Source: an uncultured virus (IMG/VR IMGVR_UViG_3300021197_001384) (taxonomy: Duplodnaviria; Heunggongvirae; Uroviricota; Caudoviricetes). From it: a stretch of DNA of 64,000 bases. Positions 1 through 8,344 of this stretch are shown here, in pieces. The translations under genes were made by a program, and so were the position numbers. The stretch is taken from IMG/VR virus record IMGVR_UViG_3300021197_001384, one strand, 5' to 3'. Positions within the stretch are counted from its first letter, which is position 1, and each line of letters opens with the position of its first letter. The notes under the pieces are model-generated. The model had not been told where the DNA came from and made no database searches. It was given only the letters and a program-made list of their open reading frames with translations.

Positions 1-189
1 AACCGGCTTGGTTTTACACTGCCGAAGCCGCGTTGCGATTTGCGAATCAATGCGGATGGACAACGGGCGAGGATCAGCAGCCGTTGACCATCGACGATAT
101 CGAGACCACCGACGACCCTGACCCTGATGACATCATGGATGAGCCGCTCGAGCTCAATGATCCGGCGAACCCATAAAGAAAGAAAAAAA

Positions 190-438
190 ATGCATATCGA
201 ATACACAGAAGACAGTGCCGCCTTCGACGACTCCCAAAGCGGAACACAGTTTTTATCCAACCTATCCTCATATGCGTTCAACACGGAAACGCTGCCCAGC
301 CATGAGGAGGCGAAGAAGATTCTGGCCTCAGAGAAGATCGATACCTCGAAACTGAAGATTTGGGCGAATGATCAACTGCGAAGCGCGAGAGCCAGGCAGA
401 AGCTAGCAGGGCGACGGAAAGGGACATGGAGCAATTAG
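190..438 (+). CDS. hypothetical phage protein
   Basis: ORF with A-rich leader before ATG 190. Confidence 0.5.
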   Translation: MHIEYTEDSAAFDDSQSGTQFLSNLSSYAFNTETLPSHEEAKKILASEKIDTSKLKIWANDQLRSARARQKLAGRRKGTWSN

Positions 439-465
439 GGACATAAACGGGAACCCCATAGGACA

Positions 466-675
466 ATGGAGCACATACCAATGAAGAAAAGACACAAACA
501 AATTCAAGCCCTTCACGACTCACACGCATTAGAGGCGCAAGCCGCTGCGCAGGAGCTACAAGCAAGGGCTGAGGAAGACCGCAAGTCCGTAATGAATGAA
601 GTATTCCAAGCCCAGCGTGAGGCAATGAGAGAAACAAGCAATGAAACCGCCCTTAGAGGGCAATGGGAGGACTGA
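466..675 (+). CDS. hypothetical coiled-coil protein
   Basis: ORF with E/Q/A-rich helical composition. Confidence 0.55.
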   Translation: MEHIPMKKRHKQIQALHDSHALEAQAAAQELQARAEEDRKSVMNEVFQAQREAMRETSNETALRGQWED

Positions 676-1023
676 TGAAACCGCCACTACCACGCCCCAA
701 GCCCCCAGACACCCGCATTTTAGAGCAAAACATAAGAAAGCCGTGGCAAGACACCCCCAAGCGGGAGAAATGCCCTAGAAATGGCCTTAAATGGTCCTCT
801 CTCTATATGAAAATAGACGGGAAGGAGCTAGGCATCAATGCCAAAGGGTGACTACGTTGCCTTCCTTAACGCTGCCCTTTATGGCCCTTCCCTCGCTCCC
901 GTAGGCGTATCCTCCAGTAACAGGGGAACGCTTGGGGGCAGGGCTAGGCTTAGGCTGGGGCTTTTTAGGGGCGGCCTTAGCGGGCCGCTCTAAATCACCG
1001 AATAAATCAACAGACATAAAACA

Positions 1024-1212
1024 ATGTATACAGACACAGAAACAGAAGCTCAAGAGCAAAACACGCCCGTATATCCGACGGCGGAGGCTAGGCAATGCCT
1101 CTACCTCAGCGGAAGGCTATTTGAGGCCAGACAGGAAATCAAAGCTCTAGAGGCTGACCTTGCCCTAATGGGTGAGGGCTTCCGATGGTTAAAAGAGAGG
1201 ATGGAGAAGTGA
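1024..1212 (+). CDS. hypothetical protein
   Basis: ORF whose stop overlaps the next start (GTGA). Confidence 0.55.
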   Translation: MYTDTETEAQEQNTPVYPTAEARQCLYLSGRLFEARQEIKALEADLALMGEGFRWLKERMEK

Positions 1213-1574
1213 ACTACGCAACATCAACCGACATGGTTTATTCATGCATGAGATACTTGGAGAGCAAGCTAGACGAAGACATAGAATTGGGGCCGAAAGG
1301 GTATCTTGACACCCTTGATGCCGCAAACTGCCTAGAAATGCCCTTGCCCGATGCCTACCGGCCCAACAGGGGACGATGGTTGGGAGAGCATCTTGAAGCA
1401 TTAGTGGAAATGAGAGACTCTGGGCGTTCGTTCGCGGAAATTGCCGCAACACTCAATCGTGAAGAGAACTCATGTAAGTGCAAATATTGGGCACTAAAGA
1501 AAAAGGAGGGGAACATAGCCTTCGGAAGGGTGAAGAAATATGCAGAAAGCCTCTTGACGAGCGAAAGTGTGTGA
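1209..1574 (+). CDS. putative HTH/Myb-like DNA-binding protein
   Basis: C-terminal W..EHLEALVEMRDSGRSFAEIAATLNREENSCKCKY resembles a Myb/GcrA-type HTH. Confidence 0.55.
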   Translation: MNYATSTDMVYSCMRYLESKLDEDIELGPKGYLDTLDAANCLEMPLPDAYRPNRGRWLGEHLEALVEMRDSGRSFAEIAATLNREENSCKCKYWALKKKEGNIAFGRVKKYAESLLTSESV

Positions 1575-1580
1575 TATAAT
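1554..1580 (+). promoter_or_regulatory. sigma70-type promoter with extended -10
   Basis: TTGACG at 1554-1559 and TGaTATAAT at 1572-1580; the 15-bp spacer is short. Confidence 0.55.
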
Positions 1581-1635
1581 GATGTCAACAGTAGCTTAAT
1601 TACTGCACGATTTCACTTTCCCCTCTCATAGGGAT

Positions 1636-1679
1636 AGGCGGTCACTCGGAAATTAAGCTTCCGGTGGCCGTCTTTTTTT
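1636..1679 (+). terminator. intrinsic terminator
   Basis: GGCGGTCAC-TCGGAA/TTCCG-GTGGCCGTC hairpin followed by T7. Confidence 0.7.
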
Positions 1680-2073
1680 GGCCATCCGCACAGCCCGCAC
1701 AGCGTTAACGGGTAGTAGGGCTTCGATAGACAGGCGAAGACAAGGTTACTAGGAGCGGTGCAACCCCGTGCCTGGTGTAAATGGCGCAGGTGTGGGAACC
1801 TGCGGGTCAGTGATTGTTGACGACGGCCAAACTTGGACTTACCAGCCCGAGACGATCACAAACGCACAACCAGCAACTCATCCGCAAATGAGCTGGAAGC
1901 GACTCTCTCTCCTACTTTGGGGTAGGGGGGAGGTCTGCCCGCTTTCCAACAATCTAAACCGAAATGAGCATGAGCGACCAACGGGAGCGGCGAACAAGGA
2001 GTGTTTTCTTCTTGGGCGTTTACGCCCCCTAGTGAAACAAATAAATTAACTAAAAGAATAGACTTATTGAGAC

Positions 2074-2142
2074 AAGTTTATCACTTAAACATAGCAAAGT
2101 TTATCACTTAAACATAGCAAAGTTTATCACTTAAACATAGCA
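2074..2142. repeat. 3 x 23-bp perfect tandem repeat, iteron-like; candidate origin
   Basis: AAGTTTATCACTTAAACATAGCA at 2074, 2097 and 2120 in AT-rich intergenic DNA. Confidence 0.85.
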
Positions 2143-2161
2143 AAATAGGTAATAAACCCCA

Positions 2162-2190
2162 TAGACAGGCTTCAAAGATTAGTGCATGAT
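2162..2190 (+). promoter_or_regulatory. possible promoter for the nuclease/cassette operon
   Basis: TAGACA-17 bp-CATGAT upstream of ATG 2214. Confidence 0.35.
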
Positions 2191-2213
2191 GTAGCCAACA
2201 ACCACAAAAACAT

Positions 2214-2981
2214 ATGAGCCAACATTTCTACGATATTCACGGCAAACCATGCCACACGCAGACGATTAAGAGCGGCCCCAACAAGGGGGAGCCACGCAAC
2301 ACCACCAAGGGCGACGCCAAGCGCAAGAAGCTATTTCCTTCTGTCTCAGCCTATACGGGCATGATGGCTAAAGAATGGCTAATCCCTTGGAGCATTAAGG
2401 GCGTGCTGGGCATTGCCTACGACCAACCCGCTATTGCCGGAGAGGATCAGGACGAATGGCGCAAGTCCATCACCCAGAAATGGGACAAGGTTAAAATGGA
2501 GCCTGCCGAGCGAGGGACAGCCCTTCATGCGGCCATTGAGGAGTATTACACGGCGGAATCCTGGACTGTCTCCGAGGATGATTACCATTTCTGTATGCCC
2601 GTCATTCATAAGCTGGAGGACTTAGGGGTGGAAGTGAAGCACACCGAGAAAGTGGTGGTGAATGCGGCGATGGGATACGCTGGCACCGCCGACATCATTG
2701 AGAAGACGGGGCAGATAGATGACTTCAAGAGCAAGGATTTCAAGGGGAAGGACACGGTGATTCCCTCGTTCGATCATTGTATGCAGCTTGCGGCCTATTT
2801 TGTTGCGGCGAATGGACACAACAACTTCCTTCCTTGCCGTAACATCTATTTCTGCCGTAACGAGCCGGACAAGGTGATGGTGAAGGAATGGACACCGGAC
2901 GAGTTGACAACGGGATGGGAAGCGTTTCAGGCTTGCCTCACGCTTTACCGCCTCACAACAGGATTTGACGCAAGACAATGA
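2214..2981 (+). CDS. PD-(D/E)XK superfamily exonuclease
   Basis: RGTALHAAIEEY, GYAGTADII..IDDFKS and QLAAY motifs. Confidence 0.8.
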   Translation: MSQHFYDIHGKPCHTQTIKSGPNKGEPRNTTKGDAKRKKLFPSVSAYTGMMAKEWLIPWSIKGVLGIAYDQPAIAGEDQDEWRKSITQKWDKVKMEPAERGTALHAAIEEYYTAESWTVSEDDYHFCMPVIHKLEDLGVEVKHTEKVVVNAAMGYAGTADIIEKTGQIDDFKSKDFKGKDTVIPSFDHCMQLAAYFVAANGHNNFLPCRNIYFCRNEPDKVMVKEWTPDELTTGWEAFQACLTLYRLTTGFDARQ

Positions 2982-3193
2982 AAGACATAGGAACCAACAT
3001 ACAATTCGGCCAGCACGTTCGCATCCTAGACGGAGACGTTGAGGGCACCGTCATTGGCATCAATCTGGACGACAACGGGGAAGTGGTGATTACGGTGGAT
3101 TGCGAGTCTGAAGGCATTTACGAACCCATGCATGAGCATGAGGTGAAATCTAAGTCGAACACTAGTGCTGATTCGCGCCGTCTTCGGCGTTGA
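2978..3193 (+). CDS. hypothetical protein ending inside attC-like site 1
   Basis: ATGA overlap with the nuclease stop. Confidence 0.6.
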   Translation: MKDIGTNIQFGQHVRILDGDVEGTVIGINLDDNGEVVITVDCESEGIYEPMHEHEVKSKSNTSADSRRLRR

Positions 3194-3212
3194 ATCTAGC
3201 ACATGGTTCTAA
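3154..3212 (-). repeat. attC-like site 1 (59 bp)
   Basis: + strand GTCGAAC-6-GCTGATT-hairpin-AATC(T)AGC-5-GTTCTAA; canonical R''-5-L''(8, bulged 4th base)..L'(7)-6-R' on the - strand. Confidence 0.75.
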
Positions 3213-3244
3213 ATCAACGAAGCTAAAAATAACACTATAAACTA

Positions 3245-3454
3245 ATGGATACGATAAACATACACGAAACAAATCAGACACTAGGCGAATTGATCGCCCT
3301 AGCACACCGAAAGCATGGGGGGAACTGCGACTATGATGATATAGTAGTGGAGACTACTCGGGACTGCGGATTTAAAGAATGGTGGAACCTTCACGGGTCA
3401 GGCATAGTGCCACTGAAGACTCACGACATGGAGGAGACACGCAGAAATGGATGA
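3245..3454 (+). CDS. cassette-like orphan ORF
   Basis: Lies between attC-like sites 1 and 2; stop inside site 2. Confidence 0.6.
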   Translation: MDTINIHETNQTLGELIALAHRKHGGNCDYDDIVVETTRDCGFKEWWNLHGSGIVPLKTHDMEETRRNG

Positions 3455-3505
3455 ATCGAAAAACACGACGGTGCAACCTGCGTTGTCTCGCTCGTCTAGT
3501 TATAC
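3418..3505 (-). repeat. attC-like site 2
   Basis: GACTCAC-6-GAGGAGA-cacgcag..ctgcg(t)tg-TCTC(G)CTC-5-GTTATAC; left core has CAC instead of AAC. Confidence 0.7.
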
Positions 3506-3719
3506 ATTAATGTCGTATTCCGTGAGCCCTGACGGGCTCAAGAATCACATCAAGTCTCCGATACTATGGGGAAACTTCATCAAGGACGACCGCTCAGCGG
3601 TGTGCCTGCCGCTCGCATATCTCCGAAAGCCAAAATGGATGAGTGACGAGGACTGGGGCAAGGTGGTTTCTGGGGTAAATCTACACATGCCCCATGAGGC
3701 TAAGTCCTTCACTGTATAA
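3447..3719 (+). CDS. cassette-like orphan ORF
   Basis: Starts inside site 2; body flanked by complementary GTTATAC and GTATAAC. Confidence 0.65.
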   Translation: MDESKNTTVQPALSRSSSYTLMSYSVSPDGLKNHIKSPILWGNFIKDDRSAVCLPLAYLRKPKWMSDEDWGKVVSGVNLHMPHEAKSFTV

Positions 3720-3773
3720 CTGCTCCGATCAGACGCGGGGCGAAGCCCCGTTGTCTGGGGCTGATGGTTAGCA
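3714..3773 (-). repeat. attC-like site 3 (60 bp)
   Basis: GTATAAC-6-GATCAGA-cgcggggcgaagccccgttg-TCTGGGGC-5-GTTAGCA. Confidence 0.7.
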
Positions 3774-3835
3774 ATTTATCACAATGAGACAATCCTACTG
3801 CATATTCCTAAGCCTACAACGCGGGCAACGATGGC

Positions 3836-3855
3836 GACTTAGCGACTGGTTAGAA
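3836..3855 (-). repeat. attC-like half site (right half only)
   Basis: GACTTAGC-gactg-GTTAGAA; core is complementary to TTCTAAC at 4124. Confidence 0.5.
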
Positions 3856-3869
3856 CCTTTTAAAATACC

Positions 3870-4142
3870 ATGAACGAAAATCAAAAATACTGCATCGAAA
3901 TGTTAGAAGAGTGGGTGTTCGGAGCCCACCATCTCCCGAAGGTGAAAGAATGGGGTCGCGGCGTTTGCGTGAACTATCGCGGTGACCTTTCGACCTTCGA
4001 CGGTGACCGGCTAACGAGGCTTGTGATCCTCGCGCACCGTCGGAAACCACCGAGGGAAGGGCTGCGAATGCACGAATACCACCCGACGCTTTCCGACCTA
4101 ACGAAGTCAATCGAAGCGCAAATTTCTAACACCAAGGACTAG
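3870..4142 (+). CDS. cassette-like orphan ORF
   Basis: Flanked by GTTAGAA and TTCTAAC; stop inside site 4. Confidence 0.65.
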   Translation: MNENQKYCIEMLEEWVFGAHHLPKVKEWGRGVCVNYRGDLSTFDGDRLTRLVILAHRRKPPREGLRMHEYHPTLSDLTKSIEAQISNTKD

Positions 4143-4197
4143 CATGAATGAAGTGAAGAATGAACGTAATGAATTGTCTAGCTCCGACTTGTTATCT
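4124..4197 (-). repeat. attC-like site 4
   Basis: TTCTAAC-5-GGACTAG..CTAG(C)TCC-5-GTTATCT; left spacer one base short. Confidence 0.65.
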
Positions 4198-4500
4198 CTG
4201 ATACAGTCGGAACCTGACGCAGACGCACACATCCACTACGACCAAGGAGAATGGTGGGTTACAAGCGAATGGCTTTGCGGTGGATTTGCTGGCAGGGCTT
4301 TTACGGGGAAGACCCAAGAGGAAGCCGCCGACAAGTTAATCGAATATCTGAATGCACACATTGGGCATGATAGCTGGGTAGGGCAAGACGTAACGAAAAG
4401 CGGCTGGCCTAACCTCAAGGCGGTCAAAAGCTACCTAGTGTCTATGCGCGAAGAGGATTCCATTGAAGATAACACCCCTAGTGAGCAATCCCGACCCTAG
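4144..4500 (+). CDS. cassette-like orphan ORF
   Basis: Starts in site 4, stops in site 5; body flanked by GTTATCT and AGATAAC. Confidence 0.7.
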   Translation: MNEVKNERNELSSSDLLSLIQSEPDADAHIHYDQGEWWVTSEWLCGGFAGRAFTGKTQEEAADKLIEYLNAHIGHDSWVGQDVTKSGWPNLKAVKSYLVSMREEDSIEDNTPSEQSRP

Positions 4501-4598
4501 AATATTATGAGCAGTAGCAACGAAACGAATACAGCAACGCCACCCGCCAGCCCCTCGAATGGTGCACGGTCGGGATTGGCTCCAATAGATGGTTCGGT
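4467..4598 (-). repeat. attC-like site 5 (132 bp)
   Basis: AGATAAC-6-AGTGAGC-aatcccgacc..ggtcgggatt(g)-GCTC(C)AAT-5-GTTCGGT. Confidence 0.75.
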
Positions 4599-4764
4599 AA
4601 TTCCAGTCACCAAGGTGGAGGCCATTCTCAAGCGGGTATGGAATCACACAATAACTGTTGCGGGTGCAAATGACTACCTAATCTACGAGTGCGATGAGAT
4701 TATCTGCCTCGAACCCGAGAAAACAAAACCGAACAAGGCAGTTAGCCAATCCGGCCGAAAATAA
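4507..4764 (+). CDS. cassette-like orphan ORF
   Basis: Starts in site 5; body flanked by GTTCGGT and ACCGAAC. Confidence 0.6.
   Translation: MSSSNETNTATPPASPSNGARSGLAPIDGSVIPVTKVEAILKRVWNHTITVAGANDYLIYECDEIICLEPEKTKPNKAVSQSGRK
4728..4757 (-). repeat. terminal half site (truncated attC or attI-like)
   Basis: ACCGAAC-6-GTTAGCC-aatccggccg with no matching right half. Confidence 0.5.
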
Positions 4765-5044
4765 AAGACGCTAATATGGAAGCCCCCTTCTTTTCCTAAT
4801 GCAACTATCACTGGCTGACAATGACGAAAAAGCGTCTGAGAAATGCCAGCGGAGGGCAACGGGGGCCAACGGTGCCCCTTACCAGATGAGAGGCACCCCA
4901 TTAGGAACTCTTTAATATGGATCTTAAGTGTTGCCTAAAGGGGCGGGATGGCCTCCGCTGAATAAGGCTAGTAGCACAGGGGGGCGACATCCCCCTAGGG
5001 GCAGTGAAAGACTGTCGGGGTCCACCAATTCAACATAAATAGAC

Positions 5045-5287
5045 ATGATACAAGAAACAAAAGAATCCATTCCCTCCCAATTAGACCTCCTTAAAGGCTC
5101 TATTGTATTCGTAGATGGTGCGCTCCTCGGCTTAGAGAAGAGCATGGACGTGCTAGAAGGAGACACGCTGGCATTCAGCTCGCGCCTTCAGCAGCTAGAC
5201 GCCATTCATCAAGTGCTGCATGACCTTCGTGAGGACATGGCAGCACAGGCACGCCTTAGCGAAGAAGCATCTGTAACGGAGAAATGA
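5045..5287 (+). CDS. hypothetical protein
   Basis: ORF coupled to the helicase by ATGA overlap. Confidence 0.6.
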   Translation: MIQETKESIPSQLDLLKGSIVFVDGALLGLEKSMDVLEGDTLAFSSRLQQLDAIHQVLHDLREDMAAQARLSEEASVTEK

Positions 5288-6636
5288 TTGAGCCCCCCCA
5301 TTCAGAGGAAGCAGAGCGTTTCCTCCTCTCTATGATATTCACCCGCGATGAATACCTTGCTGAATCCATTGACCTCGGGCTTCGCCCCAAGCACTTCTAC
5401 ACCAAAGAGAACGCTGCCCTGTTCGATGCCGCCGTTGAGGCATTCGCTACAAGCGGGGGCATTGTCCTAGAGGAATTTATTTCCGACATCACGAAGAACG
5501 GGAAGCTGGAGGCGGTCGGCGGCATGGCCAATTACGTTGACATCACCAAGGAGCTGTTCTCCTCGCGATCCGTTAAGTATTGGGCGGGAGAGATTAAGAA
5601 CAGATTCTACCGCCGCAGGGCATTGGAAATGTGTCAGAACGCTTCCGTTGCGGCAGCAGACTTAGGGACGGACATTCACACCGTCCTAGCCAGCATCAGC
5701 AATCGCTCCCTAGACATCATTAATGAGCAGGAGAAGCCGGTGACGCTGGCTAATGCGGCGGATGATGCCCTTTCCCTCATTGAGCGCATTGAGTCGGGAG
5801 ACATTATTCAGGGCGAGCTAGGAGTGCCCACTCCCATTGAGTCCATCAACAAGTTCCTTGGAGCCCCCAGACCAGGCGAGCTGATTACGATTGCTGCCCG
5901 TCCTGGTGGGGGTAAAAGTTCGCTTATGCGTGGGCTGGTGCGGCACATCAGCGAACATTTTGGCCGCACTCTCTTATTCTCACGGGAAATGCCAATGAAT
6001 GAGCTTGTGACGATATTCGCGCAAGAAGCCTCAGCCGTGTCGTGGCGTGAAATACGAGACGGAACGTGCCTGCATGAACAAGTGGCAAAATTCAAGAAAG
6101 GGCTGGCTCGTGTTAAGGGACTAGGGCCGCGCCTAATGATTAACGACAGGGACAGGACGGTGGACCAGCTAATTGCCCGTATTGCCGCCGCATCACGCTC
6201 TGAGAACCCCCTGAAGGCCGTAGCCGTTGACTACCTCCAACGCTATGACCCACAGCAAGAGCGAGGAGAGACAAGGGACATGGCTATTGGACGCTTCACA
6301 ATGTCCCTCAAGGATGCGGCGATGCAGCACAATGTCCCTGTGTTCCTTGGGGCGCAGATTGGACGAGGATCAGAAAGAGAGACACGCGCCCCACGTTTGT
6401 CCGACCTACGGGAGAGCGGCAATATTGAGCAAGACTCGGATCGCGTTTGGTTCATGCACATTCCAGAGCAGACGCCAGAAGGTGCGCCACAGGATGCTAA
6501 CGACCAAGGGCTCCCCGTCATTTACGTTCAACTCCTACAGGCCAAGGGGCGTGGGGATGGACTGGGCAAGATCGACTTGGCGTTCCACCGCCGCATTACA
6601 ACGTTTACTGAGTGGAGGGATTTTACCAAGCAGTAA
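5284..6636 (+). CDS. dnaB: replicative DnaB-like helicase
   Basis: PPHSEEAE N-terminus, Walker A ARPGGGKS, VAVDYLQ, AQIGR, LSDLRESGNIEQDSD. Confidence 0.95.
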   Translation: MIEPPHSEEAERFLLSMIFTRDEYLAESIDLGLRPKHFYTKENAALFDAAVEAFATSGGIVLEEFISDITKNGKLEAVGGMANYVDITKELFSSRSVKYWAGEIKNRFYRRRALEMCQNASVAAADLGTDIHTVLASISNRSLDIINEQEKPVTLANAADDALSLIERIESGDIIQGELGVPTPIESINKFLGAPRPGELITIAARPGGGKSSLMRGLVRHISEHFGRTLLFSREMPMNELVTIFAQEASAVSWREIRDGTCLHEQVAKFKKGLARVKGLGPRLMINDRDRTVDQLIARIAAASRSENPLKAVAVDYLQRYDPQQERGETRDMAIGRFTMSLKDAAMQHNVPVFLGAQIGRGSERETRAPRLSDLRESGNIEQDSDRVWFMHIPEQTPEGAPQDANDQGLPVIYVQLLQAKGRGDGLGKIDLAFHRRITTFTEWRDFTKQ

Positions 6637-6646
6637 GAAAGGGGAT

Positions 6647-6889
6647 ATGAATACAAAACGAATGAAGGACGATGACGGGGAGTGGGTGAAGGACGGCGAC
6701 ATGATTGTGTTTGCCTACGGGATTCCGCCCGTCTATGTTTACGCCCCCGTAGTCGCTCGGGGAGGCTCGCTTTTCGCACTCACCCCCGACCACACCCCAA
6801 GGGAATGCAACCTCCGGTCACTCAGAACCTATGTTGGTTCTTGGTATAAATCCACCAAACACTTGACAACCATCACCAACCCCCTATAA
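6647..6889 (+). CDS. hypothetical protein
   Basis: ATG after AAGGGG just downstream of dnaB. Confidence 0.55.
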   Translation: MNTKRMKDDDGEWVKDGDMIVFAYGIPPVYVYAPVVARGGSLFALTPDHTPRECNLRSLRTYVGSWYKSTKHLTTITNPL

Positions 6890-6890
6890 A
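6863..6890 (+). promoter_or_regulatory. possible sigma70 promoter
   Basis: TTGACA-16 bp-TATAAA. Confidence 0.4.
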
Positions 6891-6913
6891 CCATCATCAA
6901 CAACACACAACTA

Positions 6914-7168
6914 ATGACACACCAACAAGCATTACGGGAGGACACCTGCACGTTCCCCTCTTATTCCATTTCCCTGAATAAGCGTTGTGCGGCACACATT
7001 GACAAGCTGGAGGCAGACGTAAACGACCTCGCGGAGGTTGTGGCGGTATTGCAGGCTGAAAACCAGCAGTCACATGACATTATTCAATCTCTTCTAAGGC
7101 TGATTCCGAATAACGCTGAAGCCTTGGAAATCATCAAAGACACATTCCACTCAACCGAAGGAAATTAA
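6914..7168 (+). CDS. hypothetical coiled-coil protein
   Basis: ORF in tightly packed operon. Confidence 0.55.
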   Translation: MTHQQALREDTCTFPSYSISLNKRCAAHIDKLEADVNDLAEVVAVLQAENQQSHDIIQSLLRLIPNNAEALEIIKDTFHSTEGN

Positions 7169-7169
7169 T

Positions 7170-7901
7170 ATGAGCCGCACACTGCAAGAAGACGACCGCC
7201 CCATAAATCCCTGTAAGAAGTTCCTACGCTGGGCTTCTGGTGACAAATGCTGGCGTTACTGGGACAAGGAATCCGAGAAGATGGAGCTTGTTCCACACAA
7301 GACCCCTTTCATTGTCCTGGATCAGCTTTCCACCTGCTCTGGCTTTAATGACCGTAAGAACTGCGGCGTCTGGTCTAACGAGGTTCGCAACCTTAAGCTC
7401 CCCATGCGAGTGCAGGACAAGGACGGCGAGGTGTTCTCTGGCCCTTGGCGCGAAGTGAAGGAGAAGGTGCATTACGCCAAGTTCTGTGCCTCTGTTTACG
7501 CCGTTGCCAAGCTGGGAGACGACTACGAGATTGTGAACTTCCAATTGTCCGGTGCCGCATTGAGCGGCTGGATTGACTTTGTTAAGGAACTTGGAGGCTC
7601 CAAGGCCGTCTATGGTGACGTTGTTGTTAGCGTCCCGTCCGTTGGCGAAGGCAAGAAAGGATCGGTGAACTACTCATTCCCAGAATTTAAGGTGGTGAGT
7701 AACACCCTCTCGGACGATGCCAAGGCTAAGGCAGACGAGGCCGACAGCACCCTCCAGTCCTACCTCACAGCCTATTTCGCCGCATCCCCCGAAGGGAAGG
7801 CCGCAAAGGTGCATAGTGAGAACGTGCAAGCTTACGAAGCCCCCGCCCCTTCTGCGGAGCCCACGCTCCCAGACGAAGAAGACGACGAAATGCCCTTTTA
7901 A
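7170..7901 (+). CDS. putative ssDNA-binding protein
   Basis: Beta-rich core and SSB-type acidic tail EEDDEMPF. Confidence 0.6.
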   Translation: MSRTLQEDDRPINPCKKFLRWASGDKCWRYWDKESEKMELVPHKTPFIVLDQLSTCSGFNDRKNCGVWSNEVRNLKLPMRVQDKDGEVFSGPWREVKEKVHYAKFCASVYAVAKLGDDYEIVNFQLSGAALSGWIDFVKELGGSKAVYGDVVVSVPSVGEGKKGSVNYSFPEFKVVSNTLSDDAKAKADEADSTLQSYLTAYFAASPEGKAAKVHSENVQAYEAPAPSAEPTLPDEEDDEMPF

Positions 7902-7969
7902 TTTTCGGTTAGTGTGTTCGTTCATAACAGCCCTTGCTCCGTGGGGTTAATCACGGAGCACCAATTTTA

Positions 7970-8344
7970 ATGGCAAGAGTAGCCAGAACACGCAACGGAG
8001 GCAAATGGACGGAAAGCCAATACTGGTCAGCCATTCGTTCCGCCCTCCGTTCTAAGTTCCGCTACTGGACCCCCGCCACACAAGCCCTGAAAGCCGCCGA
8101 ACGACCCTCTAAATCCAAGAACAAACGTCTCAAATATGAATATCAATGCGCTAAATGCAAGAAGTGGTTCAAGCGTGCCGATGTGCAAATTGACCACATC
8201 ATCCCATGCGGGAGCTTGAAATGCGCAGACGACATTCCAGCTTTCTTAGAGAGACTAACCCCAGAGGATTCGGCGGCTTTTCAGGTGCTCTGCTCCAAGG
8301 ACCACAAGATTAAAACCCAAGCAGAAAGAAAGAAGCGTAAATGA
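7970..8344 (+). CDS. HNH endonuclease
   Basis: CAKC..VQIDHIIPCG..FQVLCSKDHKIKT. Confidence 0.85.
   Translation: MARVARTRNGGKWTESQYWSAIRSALRSKFRYWTPATQALKAAERPSKSKNKRLKYEYQCAKCKKWFKRADVQIDHIIPCGSLKCADDIPAFLERLTPEDSAAFQVLCSKDHKIKTQAERKKRK

Noticed and set aside
835..1095. - strand Pro/Lys-rich ORF
   Set aside because: May be real, but it is opposite to its neighbours with no motif or expression signal
2074..2142. CRISPR array
   Set aside because: Repeats are contiguous with no spacers, and no cas operon is present
2214..2981. Cas4
   Set aside because: PD-(D/E)XK fold without a clear four-cysteine cluster pattern or CRISPR context; ordinary phage exonuclease
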